A stretch of DNA of 32,492 bases from a virus (IMGVR_UViG_2744054675_000007:1-32492); one strand, 5' to 3'; shown: positions 17,322 through 25,912, numbered from the stretch's first letter. Numbers and translations are program-made. Notes: a model not told the origin generated them from the sequence alone.

Positions 17322-17836
17322 GCATAAGAGAACTAAACCTCACCAAAGAGCAGCACGAGTGGCTGAATGGCTGGCTTGAACTGTGGGGCGCATGGGTTTA
17401 TTCAGGTCGTCTGGAAAAGCGCATGAGCAGCGTAATAGCGAAGTTCATGGAGAGCGTAGAGCCGGGAAGAATTATGACAAGGCCAATGTGTAATGATGAT
17501 GATGGAATGTTGATTTCTCAGGTCGTCGATTCCGTCATGTACATTGACAAGAAAGCCTTTGGCATCCTCCTCAGCTACTACGCTCATGGTTCATCTAAGC
17601 GAGCAATTGCATCCTACTATCACGCGACTGCAAAGCCACGCAAGATGTGTGGACGTGGTGGCGAGGGATGGAGAAAACCTTCACTGGCAACCTGTAGAAA
17701 CGAAATTGACGACATCCTGAAAGCGTCGTTATTTGTTTTGTACCAGCCAATGCAAAATGCTTTCAAAATGCGTAAACGTGTTGAGAAAGTTAAGCATGTT
17801 GCTGTTAAAAACCTTGACATGCAATTAGCCATTTAG
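17318..17836 (+). CDS. Q: late-gene antiterminator Q (family uncertain)
   Basis: 172 aa ORF at the canonical Q position between ninH and the late promoter/lysis genes; Cys/His-containing; assignment mainly positional. Confidence 0.55.
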   Translation: MSIRELNLTKEQHEWLNGWLELWGAWVYSGRLEKRMSSVIAKFMESVEPGRIMTRPMCNDDDGMLISQVVDSVMYIDKKAFGILLSYYAHGSSKRAIASYYHATAKPRKMCGRGGEGWRKPSLATCRNEIDDILKASLFVLYQPMQNAFKMRKRVEKVKHVAVKNLDMQLAI

Positions 17837-17898
17837 CCATAATTGGCAGGTAAGCTGCCGTTAGTGACTCTTAAGTTGCAACGGTGGCTTTTTTATTT
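17814..17898 (+). promoter_or_regulatory. putative late promoter PR' with downstream hairpins and T-run (qut/tR'-like)
   Basis: TTGACA at 17814..17819, 18 bp spacer, CATAAT at 17838..17843; hairpin GGCAG-GTAAG-CTGCC then a second stem and CTTTTTTATTT ending at 17898. Confidence 0.35.
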
Positions 17899-17973
17899 GG
17901 GTCAGTCGTATAAAGGTCATTACGGAAGGCTGTTAACCTTCTTATCGTGGTTCGAGTCCACGCTGTCCCGCCA
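17899..17973 (+). tRNA. phage-encoded tRNA-like gene, anticodon GTT (Asn)
   Basis: 75 nt hand-folded cloverleaf: acceptor GGGTCAG/CTGTCCC (one T-T mismatch), anticodon stem GAAGG/CCTTC with loop CTGTTAA, canonical T-arm CGTGG-TTCGAGT-CCACG, 3' GCCA. Confidence 0.45.
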
Positions 17974-17978
17974 AACAT

Positions 17979-18054
17979 GCTGATTTAGCTCCAATGGTAG
18001 AGCAGTCGCCTTGTAAGCGAATGGGTAGCGGGTCAAGTCCGTTAACCAGCACCA
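17979..18054 (+). tRNA. phage-encoded tRNA-like gene, anticodon TGT (Thr)
   Basis: 76 nt hand-folded cloverleaf: acceptor GCTGATT/AACCAGC (one mismatch), D-arm GCTC-CAATGGTA-GAGC, anticodon loop CTTGTAA, T-arm AGCGG-GTCAAGT-CCGTT, 3' ACCA. Confidence 0.45.
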
Positions 18055-18298
18055 AAACTGAGCCGTAGCCACTGGCTATCCTGAATTCATCAGTGATAGT
18101 TACGCTGCGGCCTTCTACACATGACCTTCGTGAAAGCGGGTGGCAAGAGGCTGCGCTAACAACCTCCTGCCGTTTTGCCCGTGCATATCGGTCACGAACA
18201 AATCTGATTACTAAACACAGTAGCCTGGATTTGTTCTATCAGTAACCGACCTTATTCCTAATTAAATAGAGCAAATCCCCTCAATGAAGGGGTAGAGC

Positions 18299-18502
18299 AT
18301 GTACCGTATGGACAAAATCAGAGAATGGTTCAGTTACAGCTTCGGAGGACTGACTGCGATGGGTGGCATTCTCTCCCTGAATGACTGGGCTGTCATCATT
18401 GGTATTCTTTGTACTGTCGGCACATTTGGCGTCAACTGGTACTACAAGCGCAAAGAGCGCGAGGACAGATTGAATGGCAATGTCACCGGCACTACGAAAT
18501 AG
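18299..18502 (+). CDS. holin, probably pinholin type with dual-start motif
   Basis: 67 aa; MYRMDK dual-start-like N-terminus, two hydrophobic segments, charged C-terminus; immediately precedes and overlaps the SAR endolysin. Confidence 0.7.
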   Translation: MYRMDKIREWFSYSFGGLTAMGGILSLNDWAVIIGILCTVGTFGVNWYYKRKEREDRLNGNVTGTTK

Positions 18503-18977
18503 CGTAATAGCGGCGATAAGTGGCGGGGCTATTGCTATAGCATCTGTGTTAATCACTGGACCAAGTGGTAACGATGGTCTGGAAGGTGTCAGCTACATGC
18601 CATACAAAGATATTGTTGGTGTATGGACTGTATGTCACGGACACACCGGGAAAGACATCATGCTCGGTAAAACGTATACCGAAGCAGAATGCAAAGCCCT
18701 CCTGAATAAAGACCTTGCCACGGTCGCCAGACAAATTAACCCGTACATCAAAGTCGATATACCGGAAACAACGCGCGGCGCTCTTTATTCGTTCGTCTAT
18801 AACGTGGGCGCAGGCAATTTCAGAACATCGACGCTTCTTCGCAAAATCAACCAGGGCGATATCAAGGGTGCATGTGACCAGCTACGTCGCTGGACATACG
18901 CTGGCGGTAAGCAATGGAAAGGGCTGATGACTCGCCGTGAGATTGAGCGTGAAGTCTGTTTGTGGGGGCAGCAATGA
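18474..18977 (+). CDS. SAR endolysin (lysozyme with N-terminal signal-arrest-release domain)
   Basis: 167 aa; weakly hydrophobic Gly/Ala-rich N-terminal segment ([19 protein letters not shown]) followed by a lysozyme-like domain. Confidence 0.8.
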   Translation: MAMSPALRNSVIAAISGGAIAIASVLITGPSGNDGLEGVSYMPYKDIVGVWTVCHGHTGKDIMLGKTYTEAECKALLNKDLATVARQINPYIKVDIPETTRGALYSFVYNVGAGNFRTSTLLRKINQGDIKGACDQLRRWTYAGGKQWKGLMTRREIEREVCLWGQQ

Positions 18978-19411
18978 GCAGAGTAACCGCGATTATCTCT
19001 GCTCTGGTTATCTGCATCATCGTCTGTCTGTCATGGGCTGTTAATCATTACCGTGATAACGCCATCGCCTACAAAGAGCAGCGCGATAAGGCCGCATCCA
19101 TCATCGCTGACATGCAGAAGCGTCAACGTGATGTAGCAGAACTCGACGCCAGATATACAAAGGAGCTTGCTGATGCTAACGCGACTATCGAAAGTCTCCG
19201 TGCTGATGTTTCTGCTGGGCGTAAGCGCCTGCAAGTCGCCGCCACCTGTGCAAAGTCAACGACCGGAGCCAGCAGCATGGGCGATGGAGAAAGCCCAAGA
19301 CTTACAGCAGATGCTGAACTCAATTATTACCGTCTCAGAAGTGGAATCGACAGGATAACCGCGCAGGTTAACTACCTGCAGGAATACATCAGGACGCAAT
19401 GCCTTCGATGA
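18974..19411 (+). CDS. Rz-like i-spanin
   Basis: ATGA overlap with the endolysin stop; N-terminal TM segment then coiled-coil periplasmic region; contains an embedded +1 frame lipoprotein ORF. Confidence 0.75.
   Translation: MSRVTAIISALVICIIVCLSWAVNHYRDNAIAYKEQRDKAASIIADMQKRQRDVAELDARYTKELADANATIESLRADVSAGRKRLQVAATCAKSTTGASSMGDGESPRLTADAELNYYRLRSGIDRITAQVNYLQEYIRTQCLR
19173..19358 (+). CDS. Rz1-like o-spanin (lipoprotein) embedded in Rz
   Basis: AGGAG RBS, ATG at 19173; signal peptide with lipobox VSAC and Pro-rich mature region ([13 protein letters not shown]), fully inside Rz in another frame. Confidence 0.6.
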   Translation: MLTRLSKVSVLMFLLGVSACKSPPPVQSQRPEPAAWAMEKAQDLQQMLNSIITVSEVESTG

Positions 19412-19632
19412 TAGCGATAATTTTACTCATCATCCTTCACATCTGGCTCTGTAGACAGGGTGGTGATCACTTCTGGAGTAAATCCAGATTAAACATCTCA
19501 TTGCTGATGCTTGATATTGAGCATCTGGCGCGCGGTAAGGGGCTGCGTTGAGATAAGAGCCAGTCATTACAAACACCAGGATTTAGCCTCGCATTCGCGG
19601 GGTTTTTTATTCCCAACTCCATAGGTAATTTT

Positions 19633-20112
19633 ATGACCCAGCATATTGGCGTAAAACTGATTAACGCCTTTCCGATGACGAGACAGGCATATAACGATTT
19701 TCGTGGCTGGCAGCTTCCTGCCGGAGAAAACGGCGAGGACGAAGGCTATCTGGTTGAATATCTGGATGGCGGAAAACCTAACACCGATCGCTTTGATGGC
19801 TACGTTAGCTGGAGTCCAAAAGAAGTATTCGAAAAGGCTTATCGTCCTGTATCAGGGCTAAGTTTCGGCCTTGCCATGGAGGCGTTAAAACAGGGCAAGA
19901 GTTTGCAGCGGGCAGGATGGAATGGGAAAGACCAGTTTGTTTATCTCGTTAAAGGGGAAAAATTAGCGTCTGCGTTGGGTTATGGCTTTGGCGAATATGT
20001 TGGCGAGCCAACTTTCAATGACACGCTTGTATTGAAAAACTCACAGAACCGCCTTGCTACGTGGGTTCCATCCATTGGCGACCTGATGGCTGAAGACTGG
20101 CAAATCATTTAA
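19633..20112 (+). CDS. hypothetical protein with DUF2829-like (Tad2-like) C-terminal domain
   Basis: 159 aa; C-terminal half carries EALKQGKSLQRAGWNGK...FVYLV...WVPSIGDLMAEDWQII, which matches my recollection of the DUF2829 signature; N-terminal half has a weaker similar pattern. Confidence 0.5.
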   Translation: MTQHIGVKLINAFPMTRQAYNDFRGWQLPAGENGEDEGYLVEYLDGGKPNTDRFDGYVSWSPKEVFEKAYRPVSGLSFGLAMEALKQGKSLQRAGWNGKDQFVYLVKGEKLASALGYGFGEYVGEPTFNDTLVLKNSQNRLATWVPSIGDLMAEDWQII

Positions 20113-20407
20113 CCATGTAGGCATTACAAAGCACATCTACGGGTGGGCTTGATAATGAAACCGGAGTTAATTTCTGGTCACCAATTAACGGCAGTACAGC
20201 GAAACAACCCAAGCCAGTAAGTGGGGAAATAACACTGGCAGCCACTGAAAGATGAACCTCCTGCCTTATGGCAAAAAAGATTCTTTGTGGTGGCGGACTG
20301 ATGGAAAGACATCGGATAGAATAAAACAGTGGCTAGGGTAGCTCCCGAAAAGCGGAATCGTCACCGCCAGCCACTGAATCTATGACGAACAACTAGACGA
20401 GGTTGAT

Positions 20408-20650
20408 ATGAGTGAAATTGATAAAATAATAAATGGTACATGTAACTTTCAATCAATGCCGCCAGGTAGTTATGTAAAACAATGTAGTGAAATAGTTAAT
20501 GGTCAGCTTGTAATGTCAAATGCAGGACGCGGAGTTTCTGCGGATGAAAAAAAATCAATAAATGAAGCCCTGTTAAGCATCAATGTTTTTGACTTGTTTC
20601 GCCCATCTTGGGTTATCTTGCAAAATAGTAACCAATTCCCACATTATTGA
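20408..20650 (+). CDS. hypothetical protein, 80 aa, encoded in a visibly AT-rich segment
   Basis: GAGG RBS before ATG; composition clearly more AT-rich than the flanking phage genes. Confidence 0.5.
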   Translation: MSEIDKIINGTCNFQSMPPGSYVKQCSEIVNGQLVMSNAGRGVSADEKKSINEALLSINVFDLFRPSWVILQNSNQFPHY

Positions 20651-20796
20651 TAATTAATTATTAAATTGGTCGCTAAGTCGGCCTTTTTTATTGCCATCAC
20701 AAAAGCCATTCCCTACAGAGTGGCTTTGATAATGGCTTATACCCTACACGGGATAACTTAACTGATATCCCTTTTAACGGATAAACGGAGCCAACA

Positions 20797-21039
20797 ATGG
20801 CAGAGATTATTCCCATGACTGAAGAACAGAAATTCCAGTTAGAGATTTACAAACTGGTCATGAATCAGAACGCAGCCGCAGAAGAAGCATTTCAATTCAT
20901 TGGCACTGACGAGCTGAAGCTTGAGCTATTCAAAATTCACTTCCAGTCAGGCGGCGCTAATTCAGATATCACGATCCGCACATTCGAAGCGGTGCGTAAA
21001 TCGAAGGAAGCGTTAGACCTGTTCACTACCGGAGCATGA
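20797..21039 (+). CDS. hypothetical protein, 80 aa (first of a tandem pair)
   Basis: AACGGAG RBS before ATG; stop separated by 1 nt from the start of the next gene. Confidence 0.55.
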   Translation: MAEIIPMTEEQKFQLEIYKLVMNQNAAAEEAFQFIGTDELKLELFKIHFQSGGANSDITIRTFEAVRKSKEALDLFTTGA

Positions 21040-21040
21040 T

Positions 21041-21232
21041 GTGAGCCGCGTAATCAATTTTGGTAAGGAGAAGAAATTCCCAATTACTCAAGAGCTATAC
21101 GAGCGGCTTGAAAGCGTTATTCATGATTATGGTGAAATCAGTGTATGTGAGGCGATTGGCACACTCGAATTGCTGAAGCAGTCATTGATTGAAAGCATGA
21201 AGAGCCAACGACCTGAAATGACAATTAAGTGA
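21041..21232 (+). CDS. hypothetical protein, 63 aa (second of a tandem pair)
   Basis: ORF immediately following 20797..21039; loosely similar helix-rich acidic pattern. Confidence 0.5.
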   Translation: MSRVINFGKEKKFPITQELYERLESVIHDYGEISVCEAIGTLELLKQSLIESMKSQRPEMTIK

Positions 21233-21279
21233 GATGAATATGGCAGCACTCAACATGCTGCCTTTTATCGTTGATTAGT

Positions 21280-21519
21280 TTAACCGTGAGCTTCACGACC
21301 GTTTTCGTCTTCAGGCACACGGAAACGCCAGTACTTATCTGGCTTAACCCAAACAACACTTTCACCGCTATCAACCCTGAATTTATTAATCACTTTTGTT
21401 GATAGCGCTTGGTTGCCATCCGCATTTTCTTTGAGGTGCTGCTCGTTATGTTGTTTAACGAGATAACCCACAACATCCTGCTGATAAAGGCAACCCTCTG
21501 TTGATAAAACGGACATCAT
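21280..21519 (-). CDS. hypothetical protein, 79 aa
   Basis: Minus-strand ORF downstream of the YodC-like gene, opposite to the surrounding late genes; no clear RBS. Confidence 0.4.
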   Translation of the reverse strand: MMSVLSTEGCLYQQDVVGYLVKQHNEQHLKENADGNQALSTKVINKFRVDSGESVVWVKPDKYWRFRVPEDENGREAHG

Positions 21520-21563
21520 CCATGATGAAATATCATCAAGAGTTAAGGTTGGTGTGTTTGGGG

Positions 21564-21746
21564 CTATGGCTTTGGGGTAACGCGCTCAAGAGATTCCGGT
21601 CTGAAATATCCTTGCTCAAGCTTCTTGCCGGCAAACCATTGACAAAGAAAAGAGTTACCTTGGGTAGATGAAAATAACCTGATAGTCATGTCAGGTCCGC
21701 CTGATTTCAGTTTAACAATGTCACCTGTTTTAAACTCATCATTCAT
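21564..21746 (-). CDS. YodC/DUF2158-like small protein, 60 aa
   Basis: AAGGAG RBS 6 nt before ATG at 21746; FKTGDIVKLKSGGPDMTI motif as in the YodC family from memory. Confidence 0.55.
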   Translation of the reverse strand: MNDEFKTGDIVKLKSGGPDMTIRLFSSTQGNSFLCQWFAGKKLEQGYFRPESLERVTPKP

Positions 21747-21772
21747 AACAATCTCCTTATTGGAAGTAAAAA

Positions 21773-22300
21773 ATGGCACTCACCGACAAACAAGAAATGT
21801 TCTGTCGCGAGTACCTCATCGATTTAAACGCCACGCAAGCGGCTATTCGGGCGGGGTACAGCGCAAAGACAGCCAACCGTACTGCGTCCGAAAACATGTC
21901 AAAACCTGACATACAATTCAGAATCTCCGAATTGAAAGCACAACGCAATGACTCTGTTGGAATAAATGCAGAATACGTACTTAATCGCCTTATTGAAATC
22001 GACCAGATGGATGTGCTCGACATTCTCCTGCAAAACGGTGAGCTAAAACCCATTAAAGACTGGCCTAAGGTATGGCGCACAACGCTATCAGGAATGGATG
22101 TCGTGGAGATGGTATCTGCAGATAGCACCGCACTTCTGAAGAAAATCAAATGGCCTGATAAGGTCAAAAATCTCGAACTTCTTGGTAAGCATGTTTCCGT
22201 TCAGGCGTTTAAAGAACAAGCTTCTCACGAGCTAACCGGCAAAGACGGCGGCGCAATCCAGATTGAAACATCACCAATGAGCACTTTATTCGGAAAATGA
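21773..22300 (+). CDS. terminase small subunit
   Basis: 175 aa; N-terminal MALTDKQEMFCREYLIDLNATQAAIRAGYS HTH typical of small terminases; immediately precedes and overlaps the large terminase. Confidence 0.8.
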   Translation: MALTDKQEMFCREYLIDLNATQAAIRAGYSAKTANRTASENMSKPDIQFRISELKAQRNDSVGINAEYVLNRLIEIDQMDVLDILLQNGELKPIKDWPKVWRTTLSGMDVVEMVSADSTALLKKIKWPDKVKNLELLGKHVSVQAFKEQASHELTGKDGGAIQIETSPMSTLFGK

Positions 22301-23712
22301 CCTCGATTAATCCTATCTTTGAACCGTTCATTGAGGCGCATCGCTATAAAGTCGCCAAAGGCGGTCGAGGTAGCGGTAAATCATGGGCAATTGCGAGGCT
22401 GCTTGTTGAGGCGGCGCGTCGGCAGCCGGTGCGTATTCTCTGCGCTCGCGAGCTGCAAAACAGTATCAGTGATTCGGTAATCCGGTTGCTTGAAGACACT
22501 ATCGAGCGGGAAGGGTATTCGGCTGAGTTTGAAATTCAGCGTTCAATGATTCGTCATCTCGGAACGAATGCTGAATTCATGTTCTACGGCATCAAAAACA
22601 ACCCGACGAAGATTAAATCGCTCGAAGGTATTGATATCTGCTGGGTGGAAGAAGCGGAGGCGGTAACGAAGGAATCATGGGATATCCTGATACCAACCAT
22701 CCGTAAGCCGTTCTCTGAAATATGGGTGAGCTTTAACCCGAAGAACATCCTCGACGATACCTATCAGCGATTCGTCGTAAATCCTCCTGATGATATTTGC
22801 CTGCTGACGGTGAACTACACCGACAACCCGCACTTTCCTGAAGTTCTCCGTCTGGAGATGGAAGAGTGTAAACGCAGAAATCCGACCCTGTATCGTCACA
22901 TCTGGCTTGGTGAGCCAGTGAGCGCAAGTGATATGGCAATCATCAAACGTGAATGGCTTGAAGCCGCAACCGATGCGCACAAGAAACTAGGATGGAAAGC
23001 GAAAGGCGCTGTTGTTTCTGCACATGACCCATCAGATACAGGGCCAGATGCTAAAGGTTACGCATCGCGTCACGGTTCGGTAGTTAAGCGCATTGCCGAA
23101 GGTCTGCTGATGGACATCAACGAGGGTGCTGACTGGGCTACTTCGCTGGCGATTGAAGACGGCGCTGACCATTACCTGTGGGATGGTGATGGTGTTGGTG
23201 CTGGGCTACGCAGACAGACAACGGAAGCGTTCTCCGGCAAGAAAATCACCGCCACGATGTTCAAGGGCAGCGAATCGCCATTCGATGAAGATGCACCATA
23301 TCAGGCCGGAGCATGGGCCGATGAAGTCGTACAGGGCGACAACGTTCGCACTATTGGTGATGTGTTCCGCAATAAGCGAGCGCAATTCTATTACGCGCTG
23401 GCTGACAGGTTGTATCTGACATATCGGGCGGTTGTCTACGGTGAGTATGCAGACCCCGACGACATGCTGAGCTTCGACAAAGAAGCGATAGGCGAGAAGA
23501 TGCTGGAGAAGCTGTTTGCAGAACTGACGCAGATTCAGCGCAAATTCAATAACAACGGGAAGCTGGAGCTTATGACTAAGGTCGAAATGAAGCAGAAGCT
23601 CGGTATTCCATCTCCTAACCTGGCTGATGCGCTGATGATGTGTATGCATTGCCCGGAGTCGGCTGCGCAACCCGACTATTCCAGTTACTCAATTCCTTGT
23701 GGTGTAGGTTGA
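22297..23712 (+). CDS. terminase large subunit
   Basis: 471 aa; Walker A-like GGRGSGKS near the N-terminus and C-terminal nuclease region; canonical position upstream of portal. Confidence 0.9.
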   Translation: MTSINPIFEPFIEAHRYKVAKGGRGSGKSWAIARLLVEAARRQPVRILCARELQNSISDSVIRLLEDTIEREGYSAEFEIQRSMIRHLGTNAEFMFYGIKNNPTKIKSLEGIDICWVEEAEAVTKESWDILIPTIRKPFSEIWVSFNPKNILDDTYQRFVVNPPDDICLLTVNYTDNPHFPEVLRLEMEECKRRNPTLYRHIWLGEPVSASDMAIIKREWLEAATDAHKKLGWKAKGAVVSAHDPSDTGPDAKGYASRHGSVVKRIAEGLLMDINEGADWATSLAIEDGADHYLWDGDGVGAGLRRQTTEAFSGKKITATMFKGSESPFDEDAPYQAGAWADEVVQGDNVRTIGDVFRNKRAQFYYALADRLYLTYRAVVYGEYADPDDMLSFDKEAIGEKMLEKLFAELTQIQRKFNNNGKLELMTKVEMKQKLGIPSPNLADALMMCMHCPESAAQPDYSSYSIPCGVG

Positions 23713-23713
23713 T

Positions 23714-25912
23714 ATGGCAGAAAAAAAGATGACTGACTGGCATCGCAAGGTGCTGTGCAACTTTGATAATGCCTGGTCAGCAACGCAGGATATGCGTGAG
23801 CAGATTATTGAGGCTCAACGTTTCGTCCGGGTATCCGGCGCACAGTGGGAAGGCAGCACAAACGCTGGTTACTCATTTGATGAAGGCAGGTTTGAGCATT
23901 ATCCGCGTTTTGAACTGAATAAGATTTCCCGTGAATGTGATCGCATCATTGGCGAGTATCGGCAGAATCGCATCAGCGTTAAATTCAGGCCAAAGGATGA
24001 CAAGGCATCGGAAGCGTTAGCCGAAAAGATGAACGGCAAATTCCGCGCTGATTATCAGGAAACATCCGGTGGCGAAGCGTGTGATAACGCATTTGATGAT
24101 GCTGTAACGGGCGGATTCGGTTGTTTCCGCATGTGTGCTGATTACGAAGATGAAATGGATCCGAGTAACGAGCAGCGACGCATCAGTCTTCTTCCTGTTT
24201 ACGACCCAGCGACATGCGTCTTCTTCGATCAGGACAGCAAGCAATATGACCGCTCTGATGCTATGTGGGCTATGGAAATGTTCTCCATGACGCCTAAAGC
24301 GTTCGAGGCTGAATACCCTGATTCCATCGCGGCAAGCCTTTCTCGTGATGACACTGGCACTCAATATGACTGGTCAACTCCTGATGCTATCTATGTTGGT
24401 CGCTACTACGAAGTTCGCATAGAGAAGGTGAAGCTCACGGCGTGGCGCAACCCTGTTAGCGGAGAAACGGCAATTTATGATGAAGAGCAAATCAAAGATA
24501 TTGTCGACGAGCTGACCGATGGTGCATTCGAACTGATTGGCGAGCGAACGGTGAAGAAGCGCCGCGTTTATTGCGGTCTTCTGTCTGGCGCTGAATGGCT
24601 GGAAGAACCGAAGCGTATTCCGGGCGAACATATTCCTCTCATCCCGGTATATGGGCGTCGCTCATTTGTTGATAATCAGGAGCGAATCGAAGGCCACGCA
24701 GCAAAAGCGATGGATGCACAGCGTCTTGAGAACCTGATGGTTTCCATGATTGCAGATAACGCTACTCAGGCCGGCGGTGATGGCATTCCTATCGTGGATG
24801 TTGATTTCATTCCCGGTCCATTAATGAATCACTGGGCAGAGAGAAATAAGAAAAGGCCTGCAGTTCTTCCCATGACCAGCAAGAAGGACAAAAACGGAAC
24901 GGTCATTTCAGAGGCTCAGGTTGCTGGCTGGACACCTCCGACACAAATGCCTCCTGCTCTTGCCGGGCTATTGCAGTACACCGGAACGGCTATTCAGCAA
25001 ATTACAGGCGCGTCGCAGCTTGAGAACATGCCGAGCAACGTTGCTACCGATACCGTTGATAGCATCTTTAACCGGATGGATACGCAGTCCTATATCTACA
25101 TGGACAACATGGCTAAATCCATGCGTCGCGCTGGCGTTGTGTGGCTTTCTATGGCTCGTGAAGTCTATGGCAGCGATACGCCGATGCGTATCGTTAATGA
25201 GGACGGCAGCGATGACGTGGCGCTGATGACTGGTGAAGTGGTTGACCGTCAGACAGGCCAGGTTATCGCGCTTAACGACCTTTCGCAGGGTAACTATGAA
25301 GTGACTGTCGATGTTGGTCAGTCGTTCGCTACTCGCCGTGATGCAACGGTTAAGTCGTTACTTTCCATGCTGGCACTTATCCCGCCAGGAACGCCGAAGC
25401 ATGACCTTGTATCGTCGATGATTCTCGACAATATGGACGGCGAAGGGATGGAGGACCTTAAAGAATACAACCGCAATCAGTTGCTTCTGTCTGGCGTTAT
25501 CAAGCCGAGAACGCCAGAAGAGCAGCAAATGGTTGAGCAGGCGAAACAACAACAGGCCAGTCAGCCAGATCCGGCTATGGTTGCTGCGCAAGGTCAGCTT
25601 CTTGCTGGTCAGGCTGAATTGCAGAAAGCGCAGAACGAACAGGCAGCCATTCAGGTTAAAGCATTCCAGGCACAGACTGATGCTCAGGTTGCAGCGGCAA
25701 ATGTTGTGAAAATCCTCGCATCTGCCGATAGCCAGCAGAAATCTGATATCCGCGAGGCTCTGAAACTGCTCGGACAGTTCCAGCAACAGCAAGGAGACAA
25801 TGCCCGTGCTGATGCAGAGCTTGTCCTGAAAAGTCAGGCACAGGGCCATGCGCAGCGCATGGACATCAGCAGCATCCTGCAAAAACCAACTCAGCAACAA
25901 CCACAGCAGTAA
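23714..25912 (+). CDS. portal protein (P22 gp1-like)
   Basis: 732 aa; blocks such as FYEV, KRRRVY, GEHIPLIPVYG and the C-terminal DPAMVAAQGQLLAGQAELQKAQN match P22 portal as I recall it. Confidence 0.9.
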   Translation: MAEKKMTDWHRKVLCNFDNAWSATQDMREQIIEAQRFVRVSGAQWEGSTNAGYSFDEGRFEHYPRFELNKISRECDRIIGEYRQNRISVKFRPKDDKASEALAEKMNGKFRADYQETSGGEACDNAFDDAVTGGFGCFRMCADYEDEMDPSNEQRRISLLPVYDPATCVFFDQDSKQYDRSDAMWAMEMFSMTPKAFEAEYPDSIAASLSRDDTGTQYDWSTPDAIYVGRYYEVRIEKVKLTAWRNPVSGETAIYDEEQIKDIVDELTDGAFELIGERTVKKRRVYCGLLSGAEWLEEPKRIPGEHIPLIPVYGRRSFVDNQERIEGHAAKAMDAQRLENLMVSMIADNATQAGGDGIPIVDVDFIPGPLMNHWAERNKKRPAVLPMTSKKDKNGTVISEAQVAGWTPPTQMPPALAGLLQYTGTAIQQITGASQLENMPSNVATDTVDSIFNRMDTQSYIYMDNMAKSMRRAGVVWLSMAREVYGSDTPMRIVNEDGSDDVALMTGEVVDRQTGQVIALNDLSQGNYEVTVDVGQSFATRRDATVKSLLSMLALIPPGTPKHDLVSSMILDNMDGEGMEDLKEYNRNQLLLSGVIKPRTPEEQQMVEQAKQQQASQPDPAMVAAQGQLLAGQAELQKAQNEQAAIQVKAFQAQTDAQVAAANVVKILASADSQQKSDIREALKLLGQFQQQQGDNARADAELVLKSQAQGHAQRMDISSILQKPTQQQPQQ

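Noticed and set aside
18055-18130. Possible third tRNA after the Thr-like tRNA
   Set aside because: Could not fold a cloverleaf with acceptor stem, anticodon loop and T-arm from this sequence.
17837-18298. Virulence or toxin cargo (stx-like) between Q and the holin
   Set aside because: Region contains only the two tRNA-like genes and about 245 nt with no ORF; no toxin-sized ORF is present.
21747-21779. N-terminal extension of the YodC-like ORF to 21779
   Set aside because: Would overlap the terS start; a strong AAGGAG RBS supports the internal ATG at 21746.
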